Of a DNA stretch of 64,000 bases, positions 1-8,496 are shown piece by piece. The DNA comes from a bacterium (GTDB lineage Bacteria > Patescibacteriota > Patescibacteriia > Patescibacteriales > UBA12075): the NCBI GenBank assembly GCA_043820875.1, contig JBDRDI010000021.1, positions 91-64,090 on the forward strand, in the 5' to 3' direction. The notes under the pieces are model-generated. The model made no database searches, was not told the DNA's origin, and saw only the letters and a list, made by a program, of their open reading frames with translations. Position 1 is the first letter of the stretch. The number at the start of each line of letters is the position of its first letter. The position numbers and the translations under genes were made by a program.

Positions 1-569
1 GCAACGCCTTCCGCCACAACCAGTGTCCATCCTTGAGCCTTATCCTTGAACGTTCCAACCATTACAAGCTGACCGCTCAATTCCACCTCGCCCTGAGGAT
101 TTTCCATGGCCGCGATCAAGTCCGCTGTCAAACGTTCCTGGTCAACGACTTTGAAATTTCCGTTTCGGTCGGACACGGCGATCATTTCCGCAAATTTCTT
201 CACGGATATTTTCACCGCTTCCTCAAACGGAACAGTCGTCGGGTTGACCATGCTTCTCCGCTGCTTGGAAATTCTGATCCTGTTAGCAGGAAGCAGAACT
301 TTTTGACCACGTGAAACTTGTTCATCCAGACCGTTGTAATCGGCAACCTGCTTACAAGTCGCGTCATTCGCGCCCTTTACTTGGCTTTTCACAACCTTGC
401 AAAGGTCGCCGTTTCTTTTGACTTTGTACGTCCGAAAACTCTTGCCTTCGGGGCGCACAACTTCCATCTCAACGATGTATTCTTCGGTCGGCGCGCTTGT
501 TTGAGCAAGGGCGAGACCGGAGAACGAAAGCACCGCGACCATTGTGGCCGCTACAAACATATTCCTCAT
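1..569 (-). CDS. secreted protein of unknown function, 3'-truncated by the window edge (start ATG 569-567)
   Basis: Hand translation of the minus strand from ATG 569 gives MRNMFVAATMVAVLSFSGLALAQTSAPTEEY..., a signal peptide with an AxA site. I checked every codon down to position 3 and found no in-frame stop. The AGGAGG-like SD (revcomp of 574-580) lies 5 nt upstream. It is absent from the ORF track only because it runs off the edge. The + ORFs 33..314 and 318..635 are its shadows. GC-rich region. Confidence 0.5.
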   Translation of the reverse strand, partial: MRNMFVAATMVAVLSFSGLALAQTSAPTEEYIVEMEVVRPEGKSFRTYKVKRNGDLCKVVKSQVKGANDATCKQVADYNGLDEQVSRGQKVLLPANRIRISKQRRSMVNPTTVPFEEAVKISVKKFAEMIAVSDRNGNFKVVDQERLTADLIAAMENPQGEVELSGQLVMVGTFKDKAQGWTLVVAEGV

Positions 570-773
570 CTCGCCCTCCTTCGGGTTATTTTTTTGTTTT
601 TTAAATTAATTCTTAAGTTAAATTTAAGTGTCTAAGCTAACAACGAAACAATCCTGTCTTGCAAAAAATGACGATTTTTTGGGTGTTCGGCCTCTGTCCA
701 TAAACATCGCTGTTTATGTCCCGCTTATTAACCCTCTCGTTCTTTTTTCGCATGGAGCAATGATCTAAAACCA

Positions 774-1616
774 CTACTCCATGAAAGGATTGTTCAAGTT
801 CGGGTCGTCTTCCGGCCCGGAAATGATAATAATTGACTTCCTGCCTTTGACTTTTTTGCCTTCAGCAGTAAAGTAACCATTGTCTTCCTCGTACTGTTCA
901 AACTCTGATCTTGATCCAGTCATGTACGGGTTGTACAGATTCGGGTCATCATCATCCACGCGATAGGTGTCCTCTTCAGGAAAACTTTCTCGCTGTGGCT
1001 CAACAACGCTTTTGGCCTCTTCGGACGCAAGCTTTTCAGCCGGCGTCTCAACGGGCTTTGGCGTATTGATGGCAACCACCTCGGATAAGCACTGACGGAT
1101 AAAAATGTCAGCTTTTATTCCTTGTTGAATTGCCATGTGAAACCTCCCACTTTCACGAAGAGGTTTGTAATTGTTCCATTTAAATCCGTGAGAATAATCC
1201 TTCACGGTCATTATGTGTTGCTTTTCATCACCCACGGTGTGGACGGAATATTGATACAACTTTCCGTCATCCGCTCGGGATCCGAAATAACCTTTTCTAT
1301 TCGGATTTATTTTGTCGCCTTTGTACGCGACAACGAACCACCAGGCGTCATGAGCGTAACACCGTATCCCGTCTATGTATTCGTCGGAATACTCGTTATC
1401 GCCATGTCGGTCTGGCTCCAGATACAAACGATGACGCGCGCCGCGGCTTTCCCTCTCAACCAAACTGCTCGGTAGTCTTGAGGTAAAAACCTGGTACGAA
1501 TCACTGTTCAAGGTGAACGGTAAAGTCGTGGCTTCTCTGGCAGTCATGCTCGAGGCACAGCCGCCAAGTAAGCCACTAAGCAGCAGCATTCCTATTAACA
1601 CGACGAACCTCGGCAT
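774..1616 (-). CDS. lipoprotein of unknown function with C-terminal DDPNLxNP(Y/F)M repeats
   Basis: Start chosen at the internal ATG 1616 (MPRFVVLIGMLLLSGLLGGC lipobox), preceded by GGAGAGG SD. The track ORF 774..1688 extends further upstream without an SD. GC-rich codon usage unlike the rest of the window. Confidence 0.55.
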   Translation of the reverse strand: MPRFVVLIGMLLLSGLLGGCASSMTAREATTLPFTLNSDSYQVFTSRLPSSLVERESRGARHRLYLEPDRHGDNEYSDEYIDGIRCYAHDAWWFVVAYKGDKINPNRKGYFGSRADDGKLYQYSVHTVGDEKQHIMTVKDYSHGFKWNNYKPLRESGRFHMAIQQGIKADIFIRQCLSEVVAINTPKPVETPAEKLASEEAKSVVEPQRESFPEEDTYRVDDDDPNLYNPYMTGSRSEFEQYEEDNGYFTAEGKKVKGRKSIIIISGPEDDPNLNNPFME

Positions 1617-2688
1617 TTTTGCCTCTCCTTTCCAGCCTTCCTTCGGGAAAGCAGATAAAGTGTTCCACGACTTCTTCGGCGTTGACAAAAATTTCCGGCA
1701 TTCCTGGACACTCTCGAAGGTGCCTTCGGAACAAATTCTTTCCGAAAATATTCACTTTCGCCTGACCATTGTTGCAAACCGGGCACGACAGAGCCGCGTT
1801 GTAAAACGGACTCAAAACTTCCGTGCCATCTGTTGTCCGAAGCTTCCCTCTGATACTGACGGAAAGCTTGAACAGCGTCGCGAAATCCCGCGGCCAGTAT
1901 CCGGACTCCGAATCCCAGCTCACTTTGTTTCGCTTTCGCCAAGAAGCAATCGTCTCCACTTCGCGTCCTTTGTCCAAGGACGTCTGTATCGCGGTTCCGT
2001 TCTTCAGTCTTCTTTCAAAAACTTCAGGTACCGAACTCGCAACAGGTTGGGACGACGCTACTTTGCGTGGCACTATCTCCCGCACGTAAGAAATCTTCTG
2101 CTTTTCTTCAGCCGGTTTTGCTTCGCCTTTGACGGCAACCGCTTTACTCAGCTTGGTAATCGCACAATCATTCTTCGGCGGAGAAATTTTCCCGCTTCTA
2201 CCGATTGGTGGTGGTGGAGAAGGAAATATTGCAGGTCTTTGGAATTTGTTTTTCACTCCTTCCTCAGACTCAAAAATTACCTCAACTACCGGCTCGTCAC
2301 CTGCTGAATCAACAGCTGCTTCGAGCTCTTCAGCGCTAATATCTTCGTCAACGAGAAGCGAACTGTCCAACTCTTGCAATTCGTCTACCCTCAATGCTCT
2401 CGCGTTTTTGGCGCGAATTGATGAAGGCGATGTAGCTTCCTGAGCTTTTCTTGCTCGATATTCAGCCTCTTCCCTCCTCGTTTCTTCTTTCCTTCCGTCT
2501 TCAAACTCTCTATACTGCGTCTGAAGCTCCAAAAAATTTTCAAACTCACGAAACGCTTTTCCGTTTTCCTCTGCGCGATTGTAATTCAGACGGCGGTTTA
2601 TTCTTTCCTGCCTTTGCCGAGCAATCTCGACACTGTCGGCATCCCCTCTTTTGAAAACGCTCGTAATCGCTTCCATAATTCCTTTCAT
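1576..2688 (-). CDS. hypothetical protein, Glu/Arg-rich coiled-coil N-terminus and C-terminal Cys-rich (CPVCNNG...HLRECPG) zinc-ribbon-like region
   Basis: Start at ATG 2688 (MKGIMEAIT...) with AGGAGG SD 5-7 nt upstream. The track ORF starts earlier at 2754 without an SD. Overlaps the downstream lipoprotein gene by 41 nt. GC-rich. Confidence 0.5.
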   Translation of the reverse strand: MKGIMEAITSVFKRGDADSVEIARQRQERINRRLNYNRAEENGKAFREFENFLELQTQYREFEDGRKEETRREEAEYRARKAQEATSPSSIRAKNARALRVDELQELDSSLLVDEDISAEELEAAVDSAGDEPVVEVIFESEEGVKNKFQRPAIFPSPPPPIGRSGKISPPKNDCAITKLSKAVAVKGEAKPAEEKQKISYVREIVPRKVASSQPVASSVPEVFERRLKNGTAIQTSLDKGREVETIASWRKRNKVSWDSESGYWPRDFATLFKLSVSIRGKLRTTDGTEVLSPFYNAALSCPVCNNGQAKVNIFGKNLFRRHLRECPGMPEIFVNAEEVVEHFICFPEGRLERRGKNAEVRRVNRNAAA

Positions 2689-3052
2689 TGCTCTCCTCCT
2701 TCGTCTTAGCTTTTGAATTCTGGTTAGAGTTATCGTCTTGCTTGAAGCAAACACGATACGTCTTTTCCAGATTCATCATGCTAAAGCGAAGTGCTAAAAC
2801 AAAAAGAAGAAAGGAAAAGTCGTTGTGTAATTTTGGTTTATTTGGAATAAACCAATGCTTCGCGCAAGAAGAAGTTTTTTGTCGCAAGTCGCTACTCTGA
2901 CAAAAGGGTCCATAGCCTCGTTTATAATACAATCAAACTTAACTTATAGTTCATTCAATTGTCAAAGAGCCCTTTAGAATCTTCTGCTTGCATTAAGCGA
3001 AAGATCTGAACAGCACCCACGGGGGTAAGCCCGGGGGTGTCATCCAAATCAA

Positions 3053-3928
3053 TTACCTCAATACATTTTTTATATCTCCGTTGCGCAAAATATTTTGATA
3101 CACGGTTTGATATTCGCTATTTCCGGAAATATTTGAAAATTCTTGCTTTTCGGAATATTCTTTTTGTTCTTCGTTATCATGACCATTATCACGATATTCA
3201 TCATTCTGCATTTGAGAATTCACGGCTTGAAAAACAGGCGCGGCCACGCTTAAATCTTCGTCGAAATTTATTTTCGCTAAACGATCCTTTTTATTTGGTA
3301 AAAATTTAATATCGTATTTTTTTTCCGGATAAAGGTAGATGTAGCAAAGGCCGATGATCAGCCCGAAAATAGCACCCAAAGACAAATTCAAAATCACGTT
3401 CGGTTTGACCGGAAAATCAGAAGTAGTCGGTTGGTCAAGAATTTTGACGTCCAATCGATTGTTTGAACTATGATAATTTCCGTGCTTGGTTTTCAGAGTA
3501 TAGTTAATGCCTTGTACGATTTGTTCGGCTTGGTATTTATCTTTATGATAAACGGCTATCTCAATAATACCGGTGTCATTAATTGCTTTGGACTCCACGG
3601 TTTCGTCCCATTTTTTCATCTGCTTTTTAATATCACCTGAAAAATAATTTTTATTAATGCTATAACCGGAATCCATTACTTCGTTATAAAAAGAGTTGGA
3701 AGGAATAATTCTGGTCAATATTTCCCCTAAATACTCATTTGACTTGGCCATGGCGTATGGGTCCACTCCTTCTACGAAGTTTTGAACTATCATCAGACGA
3801 GTTTCTGTCGCATATTTAAACGGCTGGATAACCGTTAAAACGATAGACAGCGAAAGAAACACAATAACCACGGAAAGTATGGTCTGCTTCTTCTCTGTAA
3901 TTAGTTTTATAAATTCTCTTATTTCCAT
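3053..3928 (-). CDS. Wzz/chain-length-determinant-like polysaccharide biosynthesis protein (two TM segments)
   Basis: N-terminal TM (ILSVVIVFLSLSIVLTVI), a long periplasmic-type middle region, and a C-terminal Pro-containing stretch followed by a Gly-rich TM (PTTSDFPVKPNVILNLSLGAIFGLIIGL) typical of the Wzz/Cap5A family. Confidence 0.5.
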   Translation of the reverse strand: MEIREFIKLITEKKQTILSVVIVFLSLSIVLTVIQPFKYATETRLMIVQNFVEGVDPYAMAKSNEYLGEILTRIIPSNSFYNEVMDSGYSINKNYFSGDIKKQMKKWDETVESKAINDTGIIEIAVYHKDKYQAEQIVQGINYTLKTKHGNYHSSNNRLDVKILDQPTTSDFPVKPNVILNLSLGAIFGLIIGLCYIYLYPEKKYDIKFLPNKKDRLAKINFDEDLSVAAPVFQAVNSQMQNDEYRDNGHDNEEQKEYSEKQEFSNISGNSEYQTVYQNILRNGDIKNVLR

Positions 3929-4171
3929 AAGTTTTTTTTATTTAACATTATATACTATCAATTTTTTCGAAAAAAGTCAAGAGGAAAATCAAATAAATTA
4001 AGATAATTTTATTTTATCTAATATTAGACAAAATTTAATTTATCTTGACATTAAGCCAGATATTATTTATTAAAATAATTTTATAACGCTGAGAAGAGAA
4101 AAAAATAAAGAAATAAAAAAGAACGGAAAATCCGTTTCAAAATCACGTTAAATTGTTAATATAAACTTATT

Positions 4172-4795
4172 TTACAGACCAAGTTCATCAACTACAACCA
4201 TTTTTCGGCCATCAAGTATTTCAAACAAAAAAACATCAGTAATATCGCGTCGATATTTGAATTCACTTGAACTCATCACTGTATAATTCAATTCTCGACC
4301 AATATCCACCTCCAGTCCTTTGATCAACACGCCCAATTTATCTTTATTTAAAACGCCGACAATCAACAAGTCCGTACCTGAGTCAGCTCTGTTTATAAAA
4401 ATTCCGGTTAAAATCAAAAGTTTTATTTTTCCCGCTTTTTGAATATTCTCTACAAAATCTTTCTCATAAAGAATATGCGCCTTCATCATCAAGGCCTTTA
4501 TTTCATCAAACAAAATAAAATCGGGATCAACCCTGTAATATTTTTTATCGTGCTTTTCTTCAGCAACTTTTTTATTTTTATTTTTTTTGCCGTCTCCCTG
4601 CTCTGCGGTAATCGGCTCAGGACTTGACGTTAATAGCCCAAGTTTTTCCAAATTTTCCAGCTCCCTCCTCACGGAATTAACTTGAAGTTTCAAATCTCTG
4701 GAGATTTGTCGAATATAAAACTTTTTATCCGAGTTGGATAAAAAAAACTTTAATAGCTTCACTCTCGCGTTTGAACCGAACAATTTGCCAAGCAT
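4172..4795 (-). CDS. HTH-type transcriptional regulator-like protein
   Basis: N-terminal winged-helix-like segment (KFYIRQISRDLKLQVNSVRRELENLEKLGLL) followed by a Lys-rich linker and a C-terminal domain of unknown function. Confidence 0.45.
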   Translation of the reverse strand: MLGKLFGSNARVKLLKFFLSNSDKKFYIRQISRDLKLQVNSVRRELENLEKLGLLTSSPEPITAEQGDGKKNKNKKVAEEKHDKKYYRVDPDFILFDEIKALMMKAHILYEKDFVENIQKAGKIKLLILTGIFINRADSGTDLLIVGVLNKDKLGVLIKGLEVDIGRELNYTVMSSSEFKYRRDITDVFLFEILDGRKMVVVDELGL

Positions 4796-4871
4796 AAATA
4801 TATATTAAATTAAAATTTGATTATTAACCTAAATCTATAGTATAATAATAAAAGATAAAAGTCAAAAATTC

Positions 4872-7115
4872 ATGTCTCATAAAATAGCACAACTTGTCTT
4901 AACCCCAAATAAGCCCGGATCCACCGGTGAAATTTTTATTGCCCAACCTGACTCGGATATTGAGGCGCTTGCTGGTAAACTTTTTATTCTGGCCGAAATT
5001 GACTCCGGTAAAAATGCCAGTTTGAAAATAATTAATTTTTTAATAAACAGCGCCTACCGTAATTATTATCAAAACGAAAAAATAATTTTAAGAGAAAAAA
5101 TAAGCACTCTGAAGGTGGAGCATATTTTTGAAGCGGCTCTTACAAAAACCAATAAAAACTTTGCCGATTTTCTCGAAGAAGAAAAAATAAAAATTGATTT
5201 AAGCTCTCTGAATATCACGGTAGGAATAATCTATGAAGACGAACTGCACTTCTCCACCATGGGAAAAAATAAAGTGTTGCTTATTTATAAAAATAAAGGG
5301 GAGGAAAAAATAAGAAATGGGCAAAAAATAATATCCGGAAGCGAATATAAAGTTTCCGATATAGCAAAACGTTCCGACGCCAGCGAACCAAACGGAACTG
5401 AAGACAAACTTTTCGCCAATGTAATCAGCGGAAAAATTCCCAAAAAAGGCAACTTCGTTATTGCCAACGAGGCTCTTCCTGAATACATAGGAAATAAACA
5501 ACTTATCAATATCATCACCACCCTGCCCCCGAAAAGCGCGACCGAACAAATAAAAAATATTCTTTCCGGCATCAATTCTTATGTTTCTTTCTTTTTGATT
5601 ATAATAAAAAATTCCGAGCTGGAAACGGAGATCCCGCGCGAAACAAACATACGCAAAACGCAAGAATCCATCGTGCACCTTAATCAAACTGAAGAAACGG
5701 CCGAAAATCTTCTGGCTCCTTCCGGCATAATCAATCTCAAAAAAATGTCAGCTATTAAACAATTATGGGAGAGAAAAAGACCCGGAACCGAAAAAATCCT
5801 CATGTTTAAAGATAAAATAATCGCCCAAAAAAGAGGCCGACAAATATTCATTAAGACTGGGGAGGCAATAAGAATTTTCTTCATCTATTTATTTAATATT
5901 ATTTTTTATATATTGAAAACGATAACCAGTAAACAAAAATTAATAGATATTTTTTTCAATATTATTTACGGCGTAAAAAATTTCTTTATCTATGTAAAAA
6001 ATTTAAATAAAAAAAGTAGAATTCTTTTTGTGGTGGCAGCCACACTTTTGGTCTTGTTCTTTATTAATGTTTTGGTAATTAAAAATAGAAATAAAAAAAT
6101 AGCTGAAGAACAAAACTATTCCGACATTATCACCGATATTAAGCAGAAACAAAATCAAATAGACGCCAAACTGATTTATACTGACGATGAAGGAGCCTTG
6201 AAGCTGGCCAAGGAAAACGAGGATGTAATAAAAAATTTGCCCCAAGACGACGAAGAACAAAAAGAAAATTATAATAAATTTATAGAAAGTCTTAGTCGTC
6301 AATTGGAAAAAATAAGAAAAGTGGAACGAGTTGACGATCTTGAAAAAATGGCGAATTTAAACGCTTCAACCAATCCTCAAAATTTAATTTTTGCAAATGA
6401 TAAAATATATGTGGCGGATTCCAGCCAAAAATCAATATACATTTTGTCTGTTGCCGACAAATCAACAACCGTTTTTACTGATTCGCAGACGTCCATAACA
6501 AAATTTCAATCTCCATTTCTCTTAAATGACAATATTTATTATTACAACAACACGAACTTGCTGGAATTTGATACGGATAATCAAAAACTGAATACTATCT
6601 CTCTCAAAATCACAAATCCGGAAGATACGGCCGTCGTTAATATTTATAATAGCAATTTATATATTGTGGATAAAAAAGAAAATCAAATATATAAATTCGG
6701 AAAAATCGCGGGTGGTTTTGGCGCCGGTTCTGAGTGGCTCAAAGAAAATGCGGAAATTTCCAAAACAACAGACATGACCATTGACGGCAATATTTATATT
6801 TTGAAAAATAACGGCGAACTTTTAAAATTTTTGAAAGGCATGCAAGTTGACTTTAAATTAGATACAGTTGATCCGGAACTCAAAAATGCGACCAAATTAT
6901 ACATATCATCCGACGGCGACTCCATCTACGTCCTTGAACCTGCAAATAACCGCATCTTGGTTTTTGACAAAAAAGAAAATGAAAACGAAGGAAAATTCGT
7001 TTTACAATACTCTTCAAACAAATTCACGGATTTGAAAGACTTTACTGTGGATGAAAAAAATAAAATTATTTACATACTGAACGGCACTTCTGTCTACAAA
7101 TTGGAAATAAAATAA
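4872..7115 (+). CDS. large hypothetical membrane protein; central TM segments, C-terminal repeated beta-strand-rich (propeller-like) region
   Basis: 747-aa ORF with several hydrophobic helices around residues 330-400. The C-terminal half has repeated NxxYIL/IYIxD-type motifs. It ends at a strong bidirectional terminator. Confidence 0.6.
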   Translation: MSHKIAQLVLTPNKPGSTGEIFIAQPDSDIEALAGKLFILAEIDSGKNASLKIINFLINSAYRNYYQNEKIILREKISTLKVEHIFEAALTKTNKNFADFLEEEKIKIDLSSLNITVGIIYEDELHFSTMGKNKVLLIYKNKGEEKIRNGQKIISGSEYKVSDIAKRSDASEPNGTEDKLFANVISGKIPKKGNFVIANEALPEYIGNKQLINIITTLPPKSATEQIKNILSGINSYVSFFLIIIKNSELETEIPRETNIRKTQESIVHLNQTEETAENLLAPSGIINLKKMSAIKQLWERKRPGTEKILMFKDKIIAQKRGRQIFIKTGEAIRIFFIYLFNIIFYILKTITSKQKLIDIFFNIIYGVKNFFIYVKNLNKKSRILFVVAATLLVLFFINVLVIKNRNKKIAEEQNYSDIITDIKQKQNQIDAKLIYTDDEGALKLAKENEDVIKNLPQDDEEQKENYNKFIESLSRQLEKIRKVERVDDLEKMANLNASTNPQNLIFANDKIYVADSSQKSIYILSVADKSTTVFTDSQTSITKFQSPFLLNDNIYYYNNTNLLEFDTDNQKLNTISLKITNPEDTAVVNIYNSNLYIVDKKENQIYKFGKIAGGFGAGSEWLKENAEISKTTDMTIDGNIYILKNNGELLKFLKGMQVDFKLDTVDPELKNATKLYISSDGDSIYVLEPANNRILVFDKKENENEGKFVLQYSSNKFTDLKDFTVDEKNKIIYILNGTSVYKLEIK

Positions 7116-7123
7116 ATTCAAAT

Positions 7124-7187
7124 AAAAAATCCGCATTTTTGTAGAGACAGGTTTCAAACCTGTCTCTACAAAAATGCGGATTTTTTA
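7124..7187. terminator. bidirectional intrinsic terminator between convergent genes
   Basis: About 30-bp perfect inverted repeat aaaaaatccgcatttttgtagagacaggttt / aaacctgtctctacaaaaatgcggatttttt, with an A-tract on one side and a T-tract on the other. Confidence 0.85.
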
Positions 7188-7211
7188 TTTCTTGTAAATA
7201 CGAAACGACTT

Positions 7212-7616
7212 TTATTTCAAAGTCACTTTTCCACCGGCTTCTTCCAATTGCTTCTTAACATCTTCGGCATCTTCTTTCTTCAAGCCTTCTTTAATCATCT
7301 TTGGAGCGGCATCAACCAAATCTTTGGCATCTTTCAACCCCATTTCAGTAATGGCTCGCACAACTTTAATCACCGCGATTTTGTTCGCGCCTGCTTCAGT
7401 CAATTCCACATCAAAGCTGGTTTTTTCTTCAACCGCTTCGGTGGCAACACCAGGCATGGCACCCATCATCATGGCCGGAGCGGCTGCTGAAACTCCGAAT
7501 TTTTCTTCCAAAATTTTTACCAATTCAGCCAAGTCCAAAACTGACATTTTTTCAACTTCGGAAACGAGTGACTGAAATTTTTCAGGAACCTCTACTTCTT
7601 TTTTTTCTTCTGTCAT
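7212..7616 (-). CDS. rplL: 50S ribosomal protein L7/L12
   Basis: MTEEKKEV...[22 protein letters not shown]...[30 protein letters not shown], the classic L7/L12 sequence. Confidence 0.95.
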   Translation of the reverse strand: MTEEKKEVEVPEKFQSLVSEVEKMSVLDLAELVKILEEKFGVSAAAPAMMMGAMPGVATEAVEEKTSFDVELTEAGANKIAVIKVVRAITEMGLKDAKDLVDAAPKMIKEGLKKEDAEDVKKQLEEAGGKVTLK

Positions 7617-7764
7617 AACTTTTTATAAGATGCAAATCTACAAATGATATTCAAATCTACAAATAAAAAATTTTGTAAATTTGCGTGCATTTGTAAATTG
7701 GCATTATGTTTGTAAATTAATATTATATTTTATTTGTAGATTTGCATGCATTCGTAGATTCGCA
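7617..7764 (-). promoter_or_regulatory. rplJ-rplL spacer containing a family of 10-nt repeats TTTGTA(A/G)ATT in both orientations and a perfect TATAAT hexamer (minus strand)
   Basis: tttgtaaatt appears 3 times, tttgtagatt/ttcgtagatt twice, and the inverse aatctacaaa twice within 148 nt. On the minus strand ...caaatctacaaataaaaTATAATat. Confidence 0.35.
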
Positions 7765-8286
7765 TTATCTTTTTTCAATCGCTTTCAAAACGTTAACCAA
7801 ACCGCGCAAATTGCCAGTTAAACAATTTACAAACCCCGAAACAGGAGAATTGAGCGAACCGACCAGCTTTGCATAAAGCTCTTTTTTGCTTGGTAATTTT
7901 GACAGGCTATCCACTTCTTTTTCGGAAATAAATTTATTTTCCAATATTCCACCCGCAAAACTGATTTTTTCTTCGTGGTCTTTCTTGAATTTTCCGACAA
8001 TTTTTGCCGGCATAACTTCGTCGCCAAAACCAAAAATCGCCGCGATACGGCCTTCCAAATCTTTGATATTTAAATCTTTAATATTCGAATCTTTAAAAGA
8101 CAAATCAAATAATGTTTTTTTGGCAACATAATATTCGCTATTTTCAGCTTTGAGCTGTTTGCGAAGCTCCTCATTCTCTTTCACAGTCAGACCGTCAAAT
8201 TTCGCAAAAACAATTGAATTGGCTTTCTTGATTTTTTCTGATAGACTTCTTAATATTTCGCTTTTTTGTATTTTGGTTTTCGGCAT
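7765..8286 (-). CDS. rplJ: 50S ribosomal protein L10
   Basis: MPKTKIQKSEILRSLSEKIKKANSIVFAKFDGLTVKENEELRKQLK..., an L10 family sequence, immediately upstream of rplL. Confidence 0.9.
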   Translation of the reverse strand: MPKTKIQKSEILRSLSEKIKKANSIVFAKFDGLTVKENEELRKQLKAENSEYYVAKKTLFDLSFKDSNIKDLNIKDLEGRIAAIFGFGDEVMPAKIVGKFKKDHEEKISFAGGILENKFISEKEVDSLSKLPSKKELYAKLVGSLNSPVSGFVNCLTGNLRGLVNVLKAIEKR

Positions 8287-8462
8287 ATGTTTTAATAGTT
8301 ATTTAAATGAAATAAAAAAATCCGCGAATAAACCGCAGATTACAAAATCAAATAATTGAATATTTGTCTCGGCAGGAAATTAAGTCCGGATAAACGGGAC
8401 GCCTGCTGTCTGCGACTATTTAGTTTATATATCTATATTACCATAAAAATTATTCCTGTCAA
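8287..8462 (-). promoter_or_regulatory. rplJ promoter and structured L10 leader with a terminator-like attenuator hairpin
   Basis: On the minus strand: TTGACA(8462-8457), a 16-nt spacer, then TAATAT(8440-8435). About 150 nt of leader carries GC-rich pairing segments (gcagacagcaggcgtcccg / ccggacttaatttcctgccgagac). A hairpin aatctgcgg-tttatt-cgcggatt followed by TTTTTTT (8314-8342) sits about 30 nt before the ATG. Confidence 0.4.
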
Positions 8463-8496
8463 TAGAAAAAATATTGTTAAATATTAGCAACATATT

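Noticed and set aside
33-635. Plus-strand ORFs 33..314, 106..306 and 318..635
   Set aside because: They lie entirely within the hand-verified open minus-strand frame 1..569 in GC-rich DNA, and have no SD. They are typical shadow ORFs.
1122-2654. Multiple overlapping ORFs on both strands in the GC-rich block (1122..1475, 1513..2307, 1595..1942, 1823..2089, 2129..2443, 2451..2654, 2546..2932, 2688..2900)
   Set aside because: High GC yields long spurious frames. Only the two minus-strand ORFs with AGGAGG-type SDs and recognisable signal or lipobox features were kept.
5199-6302. Minus-strand ORFs 5199..5687, 5285..5575, 5684..5884 and 6003..6302 inside the 747-aa gene
   Set aside because: They are antisense to a long continuous ORF, and are hydrophobic translations of AT-rich sequence.
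7617-7764. CRISPR array
   Set aside because: The repeats are only 10 nt, occur in both orientations and are irregularly spaced. No cas genes are present. No CRISPR array exists anywhere in the window.
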